From Eledone cirrhosa (taxonomy: Eukaryota), in contig OZ024753.1 in NCBI GenBank assembly GCA_964016885.1, positions 24,924,001-24,988,000 of the forward strand: DNA of 64,000 bases, read 5' to 3'. Below the pieces are notes generated by a model. The model searched no databases. It saw only the letters and a program-made list of their open reading frames with translations, and was not told the origin of the DNA. Made by a program: the position numbers and the translations under genes. Within the stretch, counting starts at the first letter, position 1; every line of letters begins with the position of its first letter. Of this stretch, positions 44,678-60,400 are shown piece after piece.

Positions 44678-47261
44678 CAGGATAGTAATAACTCCAGTCA
44701 AGATATAGAAACATGATAGTAATAACTCCAGCCAAGACATAGAAACATGATAGTAATAACTCCCGCCAAGATATAGAAACATGATAGTAATAACTCCAGT
44801 CAAGACATAGAAACATGATAGTAATAACTCCAACCAAGACATAGAAACATGATAGTAATAACTCCAACCAAAATATAGAAACATGATAGTAACAACTCCA
44901 ACCAAGATATAGAAACATGATAGTAATAACTCTAACCAAAATATAGAAACATGATAGTAATAACTCCAACCAAGACATAGAAACATGATAGTAATAACTC
45001 CAACCAAGACATAGAAACAGGATAGTAATAACTCCAACCAAGATATAGAAATAGGATAGTAATAACTCCAACCAAAATATTGAAACATGATAGTAATAAC
45101 TCCAACCAAGATATAGAAACAGGATAGTAATAACTCCAGACAAGACATAGAAACAGGATAGTAATAACTCCAGACAAGACATAGAAACAGGATAGTAATA
45201 ACTCCAGACAAGACACAGAAACATGATAGTAATAACTCCAACCAAGATATAGAAACATGATAATAATATCTCCAACCAAGACATAGAAACAGGATAGTAA
45301 TAACTCCAGACAAGACATAGAAACAGGATAGTAATAACTCCAACCAAGACATAGAAACAGGATAGTAATAACTCCAGACAAGACTGAGAAACATGATAGT
45401 AATAACTCCAACCAATACATAGAAACAGGATAGTAATAACTCCAGACAAGACTGAGAAACATGATAATAATAACTCCAACCAAGACATGGAAACATGATA
45501 GTAATAACCCCAATCATGACATAAAAACATGATAATAATAACTTCAGTCAAGATATAGAAACATGATAGTAATAACTCCAGTCAAGATATAGAAGCATGA
45601 TAGTAATAACTCCAGCCAAGACATAGAAACATGATAGTAATAACTCCAGCCAACACATAGAAACATGATAGTAATAACTCCCGCCAAGATATAGAAACAT
45701 GATAGTAATAACTCCAGTCAAGACATAGAAACATGATAGTAATAACCCCAATCAAGTTATAGAAACATGATAGTAATAACTCCAACCAAGACATAGAAAC
45801 ATGATAGTAATAACTCCAACCAAGACATAGAAACAGGATAGTAATAACTCCAACCAAGATATAGAAATAGGATAGTAATAAGTCCAACCAAAATATTGAA
45901 ACATGATAGTAATAACTCCAGCCAAGACATAGAAACATGATAGTAATAACTCCAGCCAAGACATAGAAACATGATAGTAATAACTCCCGCCAAGATATAG
46001 AAACATGATAGTAATAACTCCAACCAAGACATAGAAACATGATAGTAATAACTCCAACCAAGATATAGAAACAGGATAGTAATAACTCAAACCAAGATAT
46101 AGAAACAAGATAGTAATAACTCCAGTCAAGATATAGAAACATGATAGTAATAACTCCAGCCAAGACATAGAAACATGATAGTAATAACTCCCGCCAAGAT
46201 ATAGAAACATGATAGTAATAACTCCAGTCAAGACATAGAAACATGATAGTAATAACTCCAACCAAGACATAGAAACATGATAGTAATAACTCCAACCAAA
46301 ATATAGAAACATGATAGTAACAACTCCAACCAAGATATAGAAACATGATAGTAATAACTCTAACCAAAATATAGAAACATGATAGTAATAACTCCAACCA
46401 AGACATAGAAACATGATAGTAATAACTCCAACCAAGACATAGAAACAGGATAGTAATAACTCCAACCAAGATATAGAAATAGGATAGTAATAACTCCAAC
46501 CAAAATATTGAAACATGATAGTAATAACTCCAACCAAGATATAGAAACAGGATAGTAATAACTCCAGACAAGACATAGAAACAGGATAGTAATAACTCCA
46601 GACAAGACATAGAAACAGGATAGTAATAACTCCAGACAAGACACAGAAACATGATAGTAATAACTCCAACCAAGATATAGAAACATGATAATAATATCTC
46701 CAACCAAGACATAGAAACAGGATAGTAATAACTCCAGACAAGACATAGAAACAGGATAGTAATAACTCCAACCAAGACATAGAAACAGGATAGTAATAAC
46801 TCCAGACAAGACTGAGAAACATGATAGTAATAACTCCAACCAAGACATAGAAACAGGATAGTAATAACTCCAGACAAGACTGAGAAACATGATAATAATA
46901 ACTCCAACCAAGACATAGAAACATGATAGTAATAACCCCAATCATGACATAAAAACATGATAATAATAACTTCAGTCAAGATATAGAAACATGATAGTAA
47001 TAACTCCAGTCAAGATATAGAAGCATGATAGTAATAACTCCAGCCAAGACATAGAAACATGATAGTAATAACTCCAGCCAACACATAGAAACATGATAGT
47101 AATAACTCCCACCAAGATATAGAAACATGATAGTAATAACTCCAGTCAAGACATAGAAACATGATAGTAATAACCCCAATCAAGTTATAGAAACATGATA
47201 GTAATAACTCCAACCAAGACATAGAAACATGATAGTAATAACTCCAACCAAGACATAGAAA
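44678..47261. repeat. Duplication at 1,428-bp (42-monomer) spacing: ~44678-45833 and ~46106-47261; same unit family as the 1,530-bp repeat further right
   Basis: ORF pairs 44932/46360 and 45548/46976 are offset by 1428. Both copies share the GACACAGAAA and GAAGCATG variants. Confidence 0.82.
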
Positions 47262-50200
47262 CAGGATAGTAATAACTCCAGCAAAGACATAGAAACAGGA
47301 TAGTAATAACTCCAGACAAGACTGAGAAACATGATAATAATAACTCCAACCAAGACATAGAAACATGATAGTAATAACTCCAATCATGACATAAAAACAT
47401 GATAATAATAACTTCAGTCAAGATATAGAAACATGATAGTAATAACTGCAGCCAAGACATAGAAACATGATAGTAATAACTCCAGCCAACACATAGAAAC
47501 ATGATAGTAATAACTCCCGCCAAGATATAGAAACATGATAGTAATAACTCCAGTCAAGACATAGAAACATGATAGTAATAACTCCAGTCAAGATATAGAA
47601 ACATGATAGTAATAACCCCAATCAAGTTATAGAAACATGATAGTAATAACTCCAACCAAGACATAGAAACATGATAGTAATAACTCCGACCAAAATATAG
47701 AAACAGGATAGTAATAACTCTAACCAAGATATAGAAACATGATAGTAATAACTCCAACCAAAATATAGAAACATGATAGTAGTAACTCCAACCAAGACAT
47801 AGAAACATGATAGTAATAACTTCAACCAAGATATAGAAATAGGATAGTAATAACTCCAACCAAAATATTGAAACATGATAGTAATAACTCCAACCAAGAT
47901 ATAGAAACAGGATAGTAATAATTCCAACCAAGACATAGAAACAGGATAGTAATAACTCCAAACTAAATATGGAAACATGATAGTAATAACTCCAATCAAG
48001 ACATAGAAACAGGATAGTAATAACTCCTACCAAGACATAGAAACAGGATAGTAATAACTCCAACCAAGACATAGAAACAGGATAGTAATAACTCCAGCCA
48101 AGATATAGAAACAGTATAGTAATAACTCCAACCAAGACATAGAAACAGGATAGTAATAACTCCAACCAAGACATAGAAACAGGATAGTAATAACTCCAGC
48201 CAAGATATAGAAACAGGATAGTAATAACTCCAACCAAGACATAGAAACAGGATAGTAATAACTCCAGCCAAGATATAGAAACAGTATAGTAATAACTCCA
48301 ACCAAGACATAGAAACAGGATAGTAATAACTCCAACCAAAACATAGAAACAGGATAGTAATAACTCCAACCAAGACATAGGAACAGGATAGTAATAACTC
48401 CAGTCAAAACATAGAAACAGGATAGTAATAACTCCAACCAAGATATAGAAACAGGATAGTAATAACTCCAGTCAAGACATAGAAACATGATAATAATAAC
48501 TCCAACCAAGACATAGAAACATGATAGTAATAAACCCAATCATGACATAAAAACATGATAATAATAACTTCAGTCAAGATATAGAAACATGATAGTAATA
48601 ACTCCAGTCAAGATATAGAAACATGATAGTAATAACTCCAGCCAAGACATAGAAACGTGATAGTAATAACTCCAGCCAACACATAGAAACATGATAGTAA
48701 TAACTCCAGCCAAGATATAGAAACAGGATAGTAATAACTCCAGTCAAGACATAGAAACATGATAGTAATAACTCCAGTCAAGACATAGAAACATGATAGT
48801 AATAACTCCAGCCAAGACATAGAAACATGATAGTAATAACTCCAGCCAACACATAGAAACATGATAGTAATAACTCCAGCCAAGATATAGAAACAGGATA
48901 GTAATAACTCCAGTCAAGACATAGAAACATGATAGTAATAACTCCAGTCAAGACATAGAAACGTGATAGTAATAACTCCAGTCAAGACATAGAAACATGA
49001 TAGTAATAACTCCAGTCAAGACATAGAAACATGATAGTAATAACCCCAATCAAGTTATAGAAACATGATAGTAATAACTCCAACCAAGACATAGAAACAT
49101 GATAGTAATAACTCCAACCAAAATATAGAAACAGGATAGTAATAACTCTAACCAAGATATAGAAACATGACAGTAATAACTCCAACCAAAATATAGAAAC
49201 ATGATAGTAGTAACTCCAACCAAGACATAGAAACATGATAGTAATAACTCCAACCAAGACATAGAAACAGGATAGTAATAACTCCAACCAAGACATAGAA
49301 ACAGGATAGTAATAACTCCAACCAAGATATAGAAACAGGATAGTAATAACTCAAACCAAGATATAGAAACAAGATAGTAATAACTCCAGCCAAGATATAG
49401 AAACAGGATAGTAATAACTCCAACCAAGACATAGAAACATGATAGTAATAACTCCAACCAAGATATAGAAACAGGATAGTAATAACTCCAGTCAAGATAT
49501 AGAAACATGATAGTAATAACTCCAGCCAAGACATAGAAACATGATAGTAATAACTCCCGCCAAGATATAGAAACATGATAGTAATAACTCCAGTCAAGAC
49601 ATAGAAACATGATAGTAATAACTCCAACCAAGACATAGAAACATGATAGTAATAACTCCAACCAAAATATAGAAACATGATAGTAACAACTCCAACCAAG
49701 ATATAGAAACATGATAGTAATAACTCTAACCAAAATATAGAAACATGATAGTAATAACTCCAACCAAGACATAGAAACATGATAGTAATAACTCCAACCA
49801 AGACATAGAAACATGATAGTAATAACCCCAATCAAGTTATAGAAACATGATAGTAATAACTCCAACCAAGACATAGAAACATGATAGTAATAACTCCAGT
49901 CAAGACATAGAAACATGATAGTAATAACTCCAGACAAGACATAGAAACAGGATAGTAATAACTCCAGACAAGACATAGAAACAGGATAGTAATAACTCCA
50001 GACAAGACACAGAAACATGATAGTAATAACTCCAACCAAGATATAGAAACATGATAATAATATCTCCAACCAAGACATAGAAACAGGATAGTAATAACTC
50101 CAGACAAGACATAGAAACAGGATAGTAATAACTCCAACCAAGACATAGAAACAGGATAGTAATAACTCCAGACAAGACTGAGAAACATGATAGTAATAAC

Positions 50201-52850
50201 TCCAACCAAGACATAGAAACAGGATAGTAATAACTCCAGACAAGACTGAGAAACATGATAATAATAACTCCAACCAAGACATGGAAACATGATAGTAATA
50301 ACCCCAATCATGACATAAAAACATGATAATAATAACTTCAGTCAAGATATAGAAACATGATAGTAATAACTCCAGTCAAGATATAGAAGCATGATAGTAA
50401 TAACTCCAGCCAAGACATAGAAACATGATAGTAATAACTCCAGCCAACACATAGAAACATGATAGTAATAACTCCCACCAAGATATAGAAACATGATAGT
50501 AATAACTCCAGTCAAGACATAGAAACATGATAGTAATAACCCCAATCAAGTTATAGAAACATGATAGTAATAACTCCAACCAAGACATAGAAACATGATA
50601 GTAATAACTCCAACCAAGACATAGAAACAGGATAGTAATAACTCCAGCAAAGACATAGAAACAGGATAGTAATAACTCCAGACAAGACTGAGAAACATGA
50701 TAATAATAACTCCAACCAAGACATAGAAACATGATAGTAATAACTCCAATCATGACATAAAAACATGATAATAATAACTTCAGTCAAGATATAGAAACAT
50801 GATAGTAATAACTGCAGCCAAGACATAGAAACATGATAGTAATAACTCCAGCCAACACATAGAAACATGATAGTAATAACTCCCGCCAAGATATAGAAAC
50901 ATGATAGTAATAACTCCAGTCAAGACATAGAAACATGATAGTAATAACTCCAGTCAAGATATAGAAACATGATAGTAATAACCCCAATCAAGTTATAGAA
51001 ACATGATAGTAATAACTCCAACCAAGACATAGAAACATGATAGTAATAACTCCGACCAAAATATAGAAACAGGATAGTAATAACTCTAACCAAGATATAG
51101 AAACATGATAGTAATAACTCCAACCAAAATATAGAAACATGATAGTAGTAACTCCAACCAAGACATAGAAACATGATAGTAATAACTTCAACCAAGATAT
51201 AGAAATAGGATAGTAATAACTCCAACCAAAATATTGAAACATGATAGTAATAACTCCAACCAAGATATAGAAACAGGATAGTAATAATTCCAACCAAGAC
51301 ATAGAAACAGGATAGTAATAACTCCAAACTAAATATGGAAACATGATAGTAATAACTCCAATCAAGACATAGAAACAGGATAGTAATAACTCCTACCAAG
51401 ACATAGAAACAGGATAGTAATAACTCCAACCAAGACATAGAAACAGGATAGTAATAACTCCAGCCAAGATATAGAAACAGTATAGTAATAACTCCAACCA
51501 AGACATAGAAACAGGATAGTAATAACTCCAACCAAGACATAGAAACAGGATAGTAATAACTCCAGCCAAGATATAGAAACAGGATAGTAATAACTCCAAC
51601 CAAGACATAGAAACAGGATAGTAATAACTCCAGCCAAGATATAGAAACAGTATAGTAATAACTCCAACCAAGACATAGAAACAGGATAGTAATAACTCCA
51701 ACCAAAACATAGAAACAGGATAGTAATAACTCCAACCAAGACATAGGAACAGGATAGTAATAACTCCAGTCAAAACATAGAAACAGGATAGTAATAACTC
51801 CAACCAAGATATAGAAACAGGATAGTAATAACTCCAGTCAAGACATAGAAACATGATAATAATAACTCCAACCAAGACATAGAAACATGATAGTAATAAA
51901 CCCAATCATGACATAAAAACATGATAATAATAACTTCAGTCAAGATATAGAAACATGATAGTAATAACTCCAGTCAAGATATAGAAACATGATAGTAATA
52001 ACTCCAGCCAAGACATAGAAACATGATAGTAATAACTCCAGCCAACACATAGAAACATGATAGTAATAACTCCAGCCAAGATATAGAAACAGGATAGTAA
52101 TAACTCCAGTCAAGACATAGAAACATGATAGTAATAACTCCAGTCAAGACATAGAAACATGATAGTAATAACTCCAGCCAAGACATAGAAACATGATAGT
52201 AATAACTCCAGCCAACACATAGAAACATGATAGTAATAACTCCAGCCAAGATATAGAAACAGGATAGTAATAACTCCAGTCAAGACATAGAAACATGATA
52301 GTAATAACTCCAGTCAAGACATAGAAACATGATAGTAATAACTCCAGTCAAGACATAGAAACATGATAGTAATAACCCCAATCAAGTTATAGAAACATGA
52401 TAGTAATAACTCCAACCAAGACATAGAAACATGATAGTAATAACTCCAACCAAAATATAGAAACAGGATAGTAATAACTCTAACCAAGATATAGAAACAT
52501 GACAGTAATAACTCCAACCAAAATATAGAAACATGATAGTAGTAACTCCAACCAAGACATAGAAACATGATAGTAATAACTCCAACCAAGACATAGAAAC
52601 AGGATAGTAATAACTCCAACCAAGACATAGAAACAGGATAGTAATAACTCCAACCAAGATATAGAAACAGGATAGTAATAACTCAAACCAAGATATAGAA
52701 ACAAGATAGTAAAAACTCCAGCCAAGATATAGAAACAGGATAGTAATAACTCCAACCAAGACATAGAAACATGATAGTAATAACTCCAACCAAGATATAG
52801 AAACAGGATAGTAATAACTCAAACCAAGATATAGAAACAAGATAGTAATA
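46548..52850. repeat. Duplication at 3,366-bp (99-monomer) spacing, becoming 3,332 bp (98 monomers) after a one-monomer difference near 48,960
   Basis: CTGCAG at 47446 and 50812. ORF pairs 46976/50342, 47554/50920 and 48608/51974 are +3366; pair 48982/52314 is +3332. Confidence 0.87.
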
Positions 52851-53279
52851 ACTCCAGTCAAGATATAGAAACATGATAGTAATAACTCCAGCCAAGACAT
52901 AGAAACATGATAGTAACAACTCCAACCAAGATATAGAAACATGATAGTAATAACTCTAACCAAAATATAGAAACATGATAGTAATAACTCCAACCAAGAC
53001 ATAGAAACATGATAGTAATAACTCCAACCAAGACATAGAAACATGATAGTAATAACCCCAATCAAGTTATAGAAACATGATAGTAATAACTCCAACCAAG
53101 ACATAGAAACATGATAGTAATAACTCCAGTCAAGACATAGAAACATGATAGTAATAACCCCAATCAAGTTATAGAAACATGATAGTAATAACTCCAACCA
53201 AGACATAGAAACATGATAGTAATAACTCCAACCAAGACATAGAAACAGGATAGTAATAACTCCAACCAAGACATAGAAA

Positions 53280-56200
53280 CAGGATAGTAATAACTCCAGT
53301 CAAGATATAGACACATGATAGTAATAACTCCAGCCAAGACATAGAAACATGATAGTAATAACTCCCGCCAAGATATAGAAACATGATAGTAATAACTCCA
53401 GTCAAGACATAGAAACATGATAGTAATAACTCCAACCAAGACATAGAAACATGATAGTAATAACTCCAACCAAAATATAGAAACATGATAGTAACAACTC
53501 CAACCAAGATATAGAAACATGATAGTAATAACTCTAACCAAAATATAGAAACATGATAGTAATAACTCCAACCAAGACATAGAAACATGATAGTAATAAC
53601 TCCAACCAAGACATAGAAAGAGGATAGTAATAACTCCAACCAAGATATAGAAATAGGATAGTAATAACTCCAACCAAAATATTGAAAGATGATAGTAATA
53701 ACTCCAACCAAGATATAGAAACAGGATAGTAATAACTCCAGACAAGACATAGAAACAGGATAGTAATAACTCCAGACAAGACATAGAAACAGGATAGTAA
53801 TAACTCCAGACAAGACACAGAAACATGATAGTAATAACTCCAACCAAGATATAGAAACATGATAATAATATCTCCAACCAAGACATAGAAACAGGATAGT
53901 AATAACTCCAGACAAGACATAGAAACAGGATAGTAATAACTCCAACCAAGACATAGAAACAGGATAGTAATAACTCCAGACAAGACTGAGAAACATGATA
54001 GTAATAACTCCAACCAAGACATAGAAACAGGATAGTAATAACTCCAGACAAGACTGAGAAACATGATAATAATAACTCCAACCAAGACATGGAAACATGA
54101 TAGTAATAACCCCAATCATGACATAAAAACATGATAATAATAACTTCAGTCAAGATATAGAAACATGATAGTAATAACTCCAGTCAAGATATAGAAGCAT
54201 GATAGTAATAACTCCAGCCAAGACATAGAAACATGATAGTAATAACTCCAGCCAACACATAGAAACATGATAGTAATAACTCCCGCCAAGATATAGAAAC
54301 ATGATAGTAATAACTCCAGTCAAGACATAGAAACATGATAGTAATAACCCCAATCAAGTTATAGAAACATGATAGTAATAACTCCAACCAAGACATAGAA
54401 ACATGATAGTAATAACTCCAACCAAGACATAGAAACAGGATAGTAATAACTCCAACCAAGATATAGAAATAGGATAGTAATAAGTCCAACCAAAATATTG
54501 AAACATGATAGTAATAACTCCAGCCAAGACATAGAAACATGATAGTAATAACTCCAGCCAAGACATAGAAACATGATAGTAATAACTCCCGCCAAGATAT
54601 AGAAACATGATAGTAATAACTCCAGTCAAGACATAGAAACATGATAGTAATAACTCCAGTCAAGATATAGAAACATGATAGTAATAACCCCAATCAAGTT
54701 ATAGAAACATGATAGTAATAACTCCAACCAAGACATAGAAACATGATAGTAATAACTCCAACCAAGATATAGAAACAGGATAGTAATAACTCAAACCAAG
54801 ATATAGAAACAAGATAGTAATAACTCCAGTCAAGATATAGAAACATGATAGTAATAACTCCAGCCAAGACATAGAAACATGATAGTAATAACTCCCGCCA
54901 AGATATAGAAACATGATAGTAATAACTCCAGTCAAGACATAGAAACATGATAGTAATAACTCCAACCAAGACATAGAAACATGATAGTAATAACTCCAAC
55001 CAAAATATAGAAACATGATAGTAACAACTCCAACCAAGATATAGAAACATGATAGTAATAACTCTAACCAAAATATAGAAACATGATAGTAATAACTCCA
55101 ACCAAGACATAGAAACATGATAGTAATAACTCCAACCAAGACATAGAAACAGGATAGTAATAACTCCAACCAAGATATAGAAATAGGATAGTAATAACTC
55201 CAACCAAAATATTGAAACATGATAGTAATAACTCCAACCAAGATATAGAAACAGGATAGTAATAACTCCAGACAAGACATAGAAACAGGATAGTAATAAC
55301 TCCAGACAAGACATAGAAACAGGATAGTAATAACTCCAGACAAGACACAGAAACATGATAGTAATAACTCCAACCAAGATATAGAAACATGATAATAATA
55401 TCTCCAACCAAGACATAGAAACAGGATAGTAATAACTCCAGACAAGACATAGAAACAGGATAGTAATAACTCCAACCAAGACATAGAAACAGGATAGTAA
55501 TAACTCCAGACAAGACTGAGAAACATGATAGTAATAACTCCAACCAAGACATAGAAACAGGATAGTAATAACTCCAGACAAGACTGAGAAACATGATAAT
55601 AATAACTCCAACCAAGACATGGAAACATGATAGTAATAACCCCAATCATGACATAAAAACATGATAATAATAACTTCAGTCAAGATATAGAAACATGATA
55701 GTAATAACTCCAGTCAAGATATAGAAGCATGATAGTAATAACTCCAGCCAAGACATAGAAACATGATAGTAATAACTCCAGCCAACACATAGAAACATGA
55801 TAGTAATAACTCCCGCCAAGATATAGAAACATGATAGTAATAACTCCAGTCAAGACATAGAAACATGATAGTAATAACCCCAATCAAGTTATAGAAACAT
55901 GATAGTAATAACTCCAACCAAGACATAGAAACATGATAGTAATAACTCCAACCAAGACATAGAAACAGGATAGTAATAACTCCAACCAAGATATAGAAAT
56001 AGGATAGTAATAAGTCCAACCAAAATATTGAAACATGATAGTAATAACTCCAGCCAAGACATAGAAACATGATAGTAATAACTCCAGCCAAGACATAGAA
56101 ACATGATAGTAATAACTCCCGCCAAGATATAGAAACATGATAGTAATAACTCCAGTCAAGACATAGAAACATGATAGTAATAACTCCAGTCAAGATATAG

Positions 56201-57495
56201 AAACATGATAGTAATAACCCCAATCAAGTTATAGAAACATGATAGTAATAACTCCAACCAAGACATAGAAACATGATAGTAATAACTCCAACCAAGATAT
56301 AGAAACAGGATAGTAATAACTCAAACCAAGATATAGAAACAAGATAGTAATAACTCCAGTCAAGATATAGAAACATGATAGTAATAACTCCAGCCAAGAC
56401 ATAGAAACATGATAGTAATAACTCCCGCCAAGATATAGAAACATGATAGTAATAACTCCAGTCAAGACATAGAAACATGATAGTAATAACTCCAACCAAG
56501 ACATAGAAACATGATAGTAATAACTCCAACCAAAATATAGAAACATGATAGTAAGAACTCCAACCAAGATATAGAAACATGATAGTAATAACTCTAACCA
56601 AAATATAGAAACATGATAGTAATAACTCCAACCAAGACATAGAAACATGATAGTAATAACTCCAACCAAGACATAGAAACAGGATAGTAATAACTCCAAC
56701 CAAGATATAGAAATAGGATAGTAATAACTCCAACCAAAATATTGAAACATGATAGTAATAACTCCAACCAAGATATAGAAACAGGATAGTAATAACTCCA
56801 GACAAGACATAGAAACAGGATAGTAATAACTCCAGACAAGACATAGAAACAGGATAGTAATAACTCCAGACAAGACACAGAAACATGATAGTAATAACTC
56901 CAACCAAGATATAGAAACATGATAATAATATCTCCAACCAAGACATAGAAACAGGATAGTAATAACTCCAGACAAGACATAGAAACAGGATAGTAATAAC
57001 TCCAACCAAGACATAGAAACAGGATAGTAATAACTCCAGACAAGACTGAGAAACATGATAGTAATAACTCCAACCAAGACATAGAAACAGGATAGTAATA
57101 ACTCCAGACAAGACTGAGAAACATGATAATAATAACTCCAACCAAGACATAGAAACATGATAGTAATAACCCCAATCATGACATAAAAACATGATAATAA
57201 TAACTTCAGTCAAGATATAGAAACATGATAGTAATAACTCCAGTCAAGATATAGAAGCATGATAGTAATAACTCCAGCCAAGACATAGAAACATGATAGT
57301 AATAACTCCAGCCAACACATAGAAACATGATAGTAATAACTCCCACCAAGATATAGAAACATGATAGTAATAACTCCAGTCAAGACATAGAAACATGATA
57401 GTAATAACCCCAATCAAGTTATAGAAACATGATAGTAATAACTCCAACCAAGACATAGAAACATGATAGTAATAACTCCAACCAAGACATAGAAA
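53280..57495. repeat. Tandem 1,530-bp (45-monomer) higher-order repeat, about 2.75 copies
   Basis: ORF triplets 53534/55064/56594 and 54150/55680/57210 are each +1530. The TAAGTCCAAC variant is at 54481 and 56011. Confidence 0.9.
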
Positions 57496-60400
57496 CAGGA
57501 TAGTAATAACTCCAGCAAAGACATAGAAACAGGATAGTAATAACTCCAGACAAGACTGAGAAACATGATAATAATAACTCCAACCAAGACATAGAAACAT
57601 GATAGTAATAACTCCAATCATGACATAAAAACATGATAATAATAACTTCAGTCAAGATATAGAAACATGATAGTAATAACTGCAGCCAAGACATAGAAAC
57701 ATGATAGTAATAACTCCAGCCAACACATAGAAACATGATAGTAATAACTCCCGCCAAGATATAGAAACATGATAGTAATAACTCCAGTCAAGACATAGAA
57801 ACATGATAGTAATAACTCCAGTCAACATATAGAAACATGATAGTAATAACCCCAATCAAGTTATAGAAACATGATAGTAATAACTCCAACCAAGACATAG
57901 AAACATGATAGTAATAACTCCGACCAAAATATAGAAACAGGATAGTAATAACTCTAACCAAGATATAGAAACATGATAGTAATAACTCCAACCAAAATAT
58001 AGAAACATGATAGTAGTAACTCCAACCAAGACATAGAAACATGATAGTAATAACTTCAACCAAGATATAGAAATAGGATAGTAATAACTCCAACCAAAAT
58101 ATTGAAACATGATAGTAATAACTCCAACCAAGATATAGAAACAGGATAGTAATAATTCCAACCAAGACATAGAAACAGGATAGTAATAACTCCAAACTAA
58201 ATATGGAAACATGATAGTAATAACTCCAATCAAGACATAGAAACAGGATAGTAATAACTCCTACCAAGACATAGAAACAGGATAGTAATAACTCCAACCA
58301 AGACATAGAAACATGATAGTAATAACTCCAGCCAAGATATAGAAACAGTATAGTAATAACTCCAACCAAGACATAGAAACAGGATAGTAATAACTCCAAC
58401 CAAGACATAGAAACAGGATAGTAATAACTCCAGCCAAGATATAGAAACAGGATAGTAATAACTCCAACCAAGACATAGAAACAGGATAGTAATAACTCCA
58501 GCCAAGATATAGAAACAGTATAGTAATAACTCCAACCAAGACATAGAAACAGGATAGTAATAACTCCAACCAAAACATAGAAACAGGATAGTAATAACTC
58601 CAACCAAGACATAGGAACAGGATAGTAATAACTCCAGTCAAAACATAGAAACAGGATAGTAATAACTCCAACCAAGATATAGAAACAGGATAGTAATAAC
58701 TCCAGTCAAGACATAGAAACATGATAATAATAACTCCAACCAAGACATAGAAACATGATAGTAATAAACCCAATCATGACATAAAAACATGATAATAATA
58801 ACTTCAGTCAAGATATAGAAACATGATAGTAATAACTCCAGTCAAGATATAGAAACATGATAGTAATAACTCCAGCCAAGACATAGAAACATGATAGTAA
58901 TAACTCCAGCCAACACATAGAAACATGATAGTAATAACTCCAGCCAAGATATAGAAACAGGATAGTAATAACTCCAGTCAAGACATAGAAACATGATAGT
59001 AATAACTCCAGTCAAGACATAGAAACATGATAGTAATAACTCCAGCCAAGACATAGAAACATGATAGTAATAACTCCAGCCAACACATAGAAACATGATA
59101 GTAATAACTCCAGCCAAGATATAGAAACAGGATAGTAATAACTCCAGTCAAGACATAGAAACATGATAGTAATAACTCCAGTCAAGACATAGAAACATGA
59201 TAGTAATAACTCCAGTCAAGACATAGAAACATGATAGTAATAAACCCAATCAAGTTATAGAAACATGATAGTAATAACTCCAACCAAGACATAGAAACAT
59301 GATAGTAATAACTCCAACCAAAATATAGAAACAGGATAGTAATAACTCTAACCAAGATATAGAAACATGACAGTAATAACTCCAACCAAAATATAGAAAC
59401 ATGATAGTAGTAACTCCAACCAAGACATAGAAACATGATAGTAATAACTCCAACCAAGACATAGAAACAGGATAGTAATAACTCCAACCAAGACATAGAA
59501 ACAGGATAGTAATAACTCCAACCAAGATATAGAAACAAGATAGTAAAAACTCCAGCCAAGATATAGAAACAGGATAGTAATAACTCCAACCAAGACATAG
59601 AAACATGATAGTAATAACTCCAACCAAGATATAGAAACAGGATAGTAATAACTCAAACCAAGATATAGAAACAAGATAGTAATAACTCCAGTCAAGATAT
59701 AGAAACATGATAGTAATAACTCCAGCCAAGACATAGAAACATGATAGTAATAACTCCCGCCAAGATATAGAAACATGATAGTAATAACTCCAGTCAAGAC
59801 ATAGAAACATGATAGTAATAACTCCAACCAAGACATAGAAACATGATAGTAATAACTCCAACCAAGACATAGAAACAGGATAGTAATAACTCCAACCAAG
59901 ATATAGAAATAGGATAGTAATAACTCCAACCAAAATATTGAAACATGATAGTAATAACTCCAACCAAGATATAGAAACAGGATAGTAATAACTCCAGACA
60001 AGACATAGAAACAGGATAGTAATAACTCCAGACAAGACATAGAAACAGGATAGTAATAACTCCAGACAAGACACAGAAACATGATAGTAATAACTCCAAC
60101 CAAGATATAGAAACATGATAATAATATCTCCAACCAAGACATAGAAACAGGATAGTAATAACTCCAGACAAGACATAGAAACAGGATAGTAATAACTCCA
60201 ACCAAGACATAGAAACAGGATAGTAATAACTCCAGACAAGACTGAGAAACATGATAGTAATAACTCCAACCAAGACATAGAAACAGGATAGTAATAACTC
60301 CAGACAAGACTGAGAAACATGATAATAATAACTCCAACCAAGACATGGAAACATGATAGTAATAACCCCAATCATGACATAAAAACATGATAATAATAAC